Assembly (NCBI GenBank): GCA_951406725.2
Contig: OX597815.1
Coordinates: 169,074,001 to 169,138,000 of the forward strand
Length of the DNA: 64,000 nt
Direction: 5' to 3'
Source of the DNA: Octopus vulgaris
Taxonomy: Eukaryota
Part shown: positions 60,298 to 64,000 of the stretch, piece after piece
Position numbering within the stretch: the first letter of the stretch is position 1
Layout: every line of letters begins with the position of its first letter
The notes under the pieces: model-generated
The model's database searches: none
What the model was told of the DNA's origin: nothing
What the model saw: only the letters and a program-made list of their open reading frames with translations
Position numbers and translations under genes: made by a program

Positions 60298-61375
60298 AGG
60301 ATAAGATCGTTAATTTAAATTAAATACTGATCTTATCATGTGGCCAGCATGGAAATAAAAACCTTCAAAGGTACTAATTATTATTAATATTATTCATAGA
60401 AGTATTCGTATGTTATATGTATATATATATATGTGTGTGTGTATTTATGTTATTTTCTGCGTATATTCCACTCAAGAGGCAAAGCATTTCTTATGCAAAG
60501 CCATAAATCTGGGATCTGGAATTATCCAGTAATTTTTTGCTAGTTTATTTTATTTTTTTTTGTCTTCTCTCCATGTGCTGTATGAATATTTGATGTGGTT
60601 TTAGAGTCAGATTTTGGCTGCTAGTTCCAACGTGCCGATATCTCATAGATACCCTAAATTATAATGTTATATATATATATATATATATATATCAGTTTGT
60701 TTCACACTATTCTTTCTATGTTTCACTACCCATACATTAAATGTGAACCTCTGCTCTGTTTTATCTAATATACTTCCTGAGATGAAATTAGTTTATAACC
60801 TAGTTCTTTGTATACTCTCATGAAGCCTAAAATTTTGCCTACTACAATTTAAAAACATAGTTACTGAAAACTAATTTCTTGGGAATTGACACCTTTATTA
60901 TCATGATTATAAATATATTTTCTCTTCTTGTTATCTTTTTAGGAATATGAAATTACTAGGAGGATTTGATTCCTAGTCCCTTCACTCCTGCCCCTTTCGG
61001 TTGCCTCTTACACCATGCAGGGAATATGCTGTCGGGGTCCACTGCTGATATAGGGAATTGCATTCTATGCCTTGACCTGAGCATAGGATGGGCCTTCCTC
61101 TTTGGACTGGGAAATGAATGGAATGACTGATGTCTTGTTGAGGTTACCTCCTGCTAAAAAAAATGGGAATAGGCCTGAGTATATGTATGTATCTCTTTTA
61201 CTTGTTTCATTCATTTGACTGCGGCTATGCTGGATCACCACCTTTAGTCAACCAAAATCAGCCATGGGACTTATTCTTTGTAAGCTCAGTACCTATTCTA
61301 TCGGTCTCTTTTGCCGAACCGCTAAGTTACAGGGACATAAACACACCAGCATAGGGGGATCAATACAGACACACA

Positions 61376-61410
<35 letters not shown>

Positions 61411-64000
61411 GACGGGCTTCTTTGAGTTTCCGTCTACCAAATCCACTCACAAGGCTTTGGTTGGCCCGAGGCTATAGTAGAAGACACTTGCCCAAGGTGC
61501 CATGCAGTGGGACTGAACCCAGAACCATGTGGTTGGTAAGTAAGCTACTTACCACATAGCCACTCCTGCACCTATATGTATAAATATATTTTATCATTTA
61601 TTCGAAGTTGTAATTTGAAGCATAAACATGTATTGTAGAGTGCCATCCACTGTTTCTCAGTCAGCTGATGAGAGCACAGAGAAATTCTTGGCTATTCTTA
61701 TTTCAATTCATTGATACAACAAAGCTTTCTTATTGCAGGATTCTTGACTCTGCTGTTTAGTGAGTGAGGTTCATGTCATATACATGGATGCCTGGAAAAG
61801 TCAGGCCAAGTAAACAATAAATACATGTTGATATCCAAGTCCTCATGGCAAATATCTGTTGAAGAGTAGGAGAAAAATTTGTAACAAGGCAAAGATGGTT
61901 AGAATAAATAAGCATCTATAAGTATCTTCAATATCTCTTCTATCTTTTTCTTGTTTCAGTCATTGGACAGTGGCCATGCTGAGGTGTCATCTTGAAGGGC
62001 TTAGGTGAACAAATTGAATCTAATACTTATTTTCTTTAAGTCTGGTTCTTCTTCTAACGGTCTCCTTTTACCCAACTGCTAATGTTACAGGGATGTAAAC
62101 AAACCAACACTGGTTGTCAAGCAGTGGTGGGAGACAAACACACACACACATACAATGGGCTTCTGTCAGTTTTTGTCTATCAAACCCACTCATAAATCTT
62201 TTCTTGACCTGAGGCTATACTATAAGACACTCATGCAAGGTGCCACAGAGTGGGACTGAACCCAGAACCATGTGATTGGAAAGCACACAGCTACATTTGT
62301 GTCTATCTACACCAAGATGATCAGATAAAAAAAAATGTTACAAAACTCCAAATTTCGAATAAAATCTTTTGTTGTGTTCAACCTAAATCCATAACTTCAA
62401 CACCTGACAGGTATACACCTATCAACCTCATGTGAAACTCAGTCATGTGGCATTGTTTGTTGGTCATCATACTACATTACCATCCTTATTATTTTTATAT
62501 AGCTGAGTGATTTTGTTTTGTCAAAAAATCTCAGCTGATCACATACAGACACAGACAATTTTGACTCTTTAGAAATCAGATTATATGTCAAATGTAATGC
62601 TTATTTATTCTAATATTTTAAAAATTAAACATGCATTTCCTCATAAGTTTCAGATTTCCATATGATTGTTTATTTTACACTGACGTTGTAGCATAGGTGT
62701 GAAAGGCAGGACCCAGCCAGTTTGAAAATAAAACTGGGAAAATATTTTGACTGGATATCATCATCATCATGGTTGTTTAACGTCTGCTTTCCATGCTAAC
62801 ATGGGTTGGACGATTTAACTGAAAACTGGCAAACCAGATGGCTGCACCAGACTCCAATCTGATCTAGCAGAGTTTCTACAGCTGGATGCCCTTCCTAACG
62901 CCAACCACTCCGAGAGTGTAGTGGGTGTGCTTTTAAGTACCACCGGCACGAGGGCCAGTCAGGCGGTACTGGCAACGGCCACGCTCAAATGGTGCTTTTT
63001 ATGTGCCACCTGCACATTAGCCAGTCCAGCGGCACTGGCAACGACCATGCTGAAAGGCTAATAATAGCTGATATCGAAGTTGGTTGATTTCTTCAGTCAC
63101 ACTTTACATTGTATAGAGAAGGAGAGAGAATAAAAGAGAAATCCAGAGTTAATCATAGGGAATGATCATTTTTCTTTTGAAAATTAGTATTCATTTTATC
63201 ATTTTGTATAAGCACCAAGAAATTTGATAACAGTGAAATTGTAATTATTTTATGTGTGACATATTTTCAAGTATTGCTCATGTTGGCAAAAAAGTGTATG
63301 TGCAAAAGTAGTGTTACCCATCTGTTTCTTTATTACCCACAAGGGGCTAAACAAAGACAGACAAAGAGATTAAGTCAATTACATCGACCACAGTGTGTAA
63401 CTGGTGCATAATTTATCGACCCCAAAAAGATGAAAGGCAAAGTCGACCTCGGCGGAATTTGAACTCAGAACGTAACGGCAGACAAAATATGGCTACGCAT
63501 TTCGCCCGGTGTGCTAACGTTTCTGCCAGCTCGCTGCCTCATGTAGTGTTACTCATCAGTTGAAATGCAACACACTAGTGTGTATATATATCATCATCAT
63601 CTAACGTCTGTTGTCCATGGGTCGGACGGTTTGACCAGGGCTGGTTAGCTGAGGGGGCTACACCAGACTCCAGTCTGATTTGGCATAGTTTCTATGGCTG
63701 GCTGCCCTTCCTAATGCCAACCACCCCGAGAGCGTAATGGGTGCTTTTTACCTGCCAGTTATGTGACACGACTACGATTTCATATGGCTCGATGCCATGA
63801 CTACGATTTCATATGACTTGATAGGGCTTCTTTTCAAGCACAGTATATTGCCAAAGGTCTCAGTCATTTGTCATTGCCTCAGTGAGGCCCAATGCTTGAA
63901 AGGTGCCGTTTATGTGCCACCAGCTTGGTTGATAGTTATGCAACATCGGCCACATTGCCTCCACGAGGTTCAATGTTCAAAAGGTGCTTTATATGTATAT

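Overview
AT-rich, repeat-dense eukaryotic (metazoan) genomic DNA. The SINE, RTE and microsatellite landscape looks like an octopus/cephalopod genome (inference). One host gene is present: the 3' part of a TAPT1 orthologue on the + strand, with 9 coding exons from 6503 to 39976 that splice into one open 1836-nt frame; its 5' exons lie upstream of the window. The intron at 17518-21860 is a minor-spliceosome (U12-type) AT-AC intron. The rest is transposon-derived: tRNA-derived SINEs; RTE, CR1 and Tx1/L1-type LINE fragments; mariner, piggyBac and pogo-like DNA elements (often nested); a Helitron; two solo LTRs; foldback palindromes; and (TA)n-embedded inserts, some carrying minimal hammerhead-ribozyme-like motifs. 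Almost all ORFs in the supplied track are spurious microsatellite or repeat translations. Coordinates were read by eye: exon boundaries were checked for frame, repeat boundaries are approximate.
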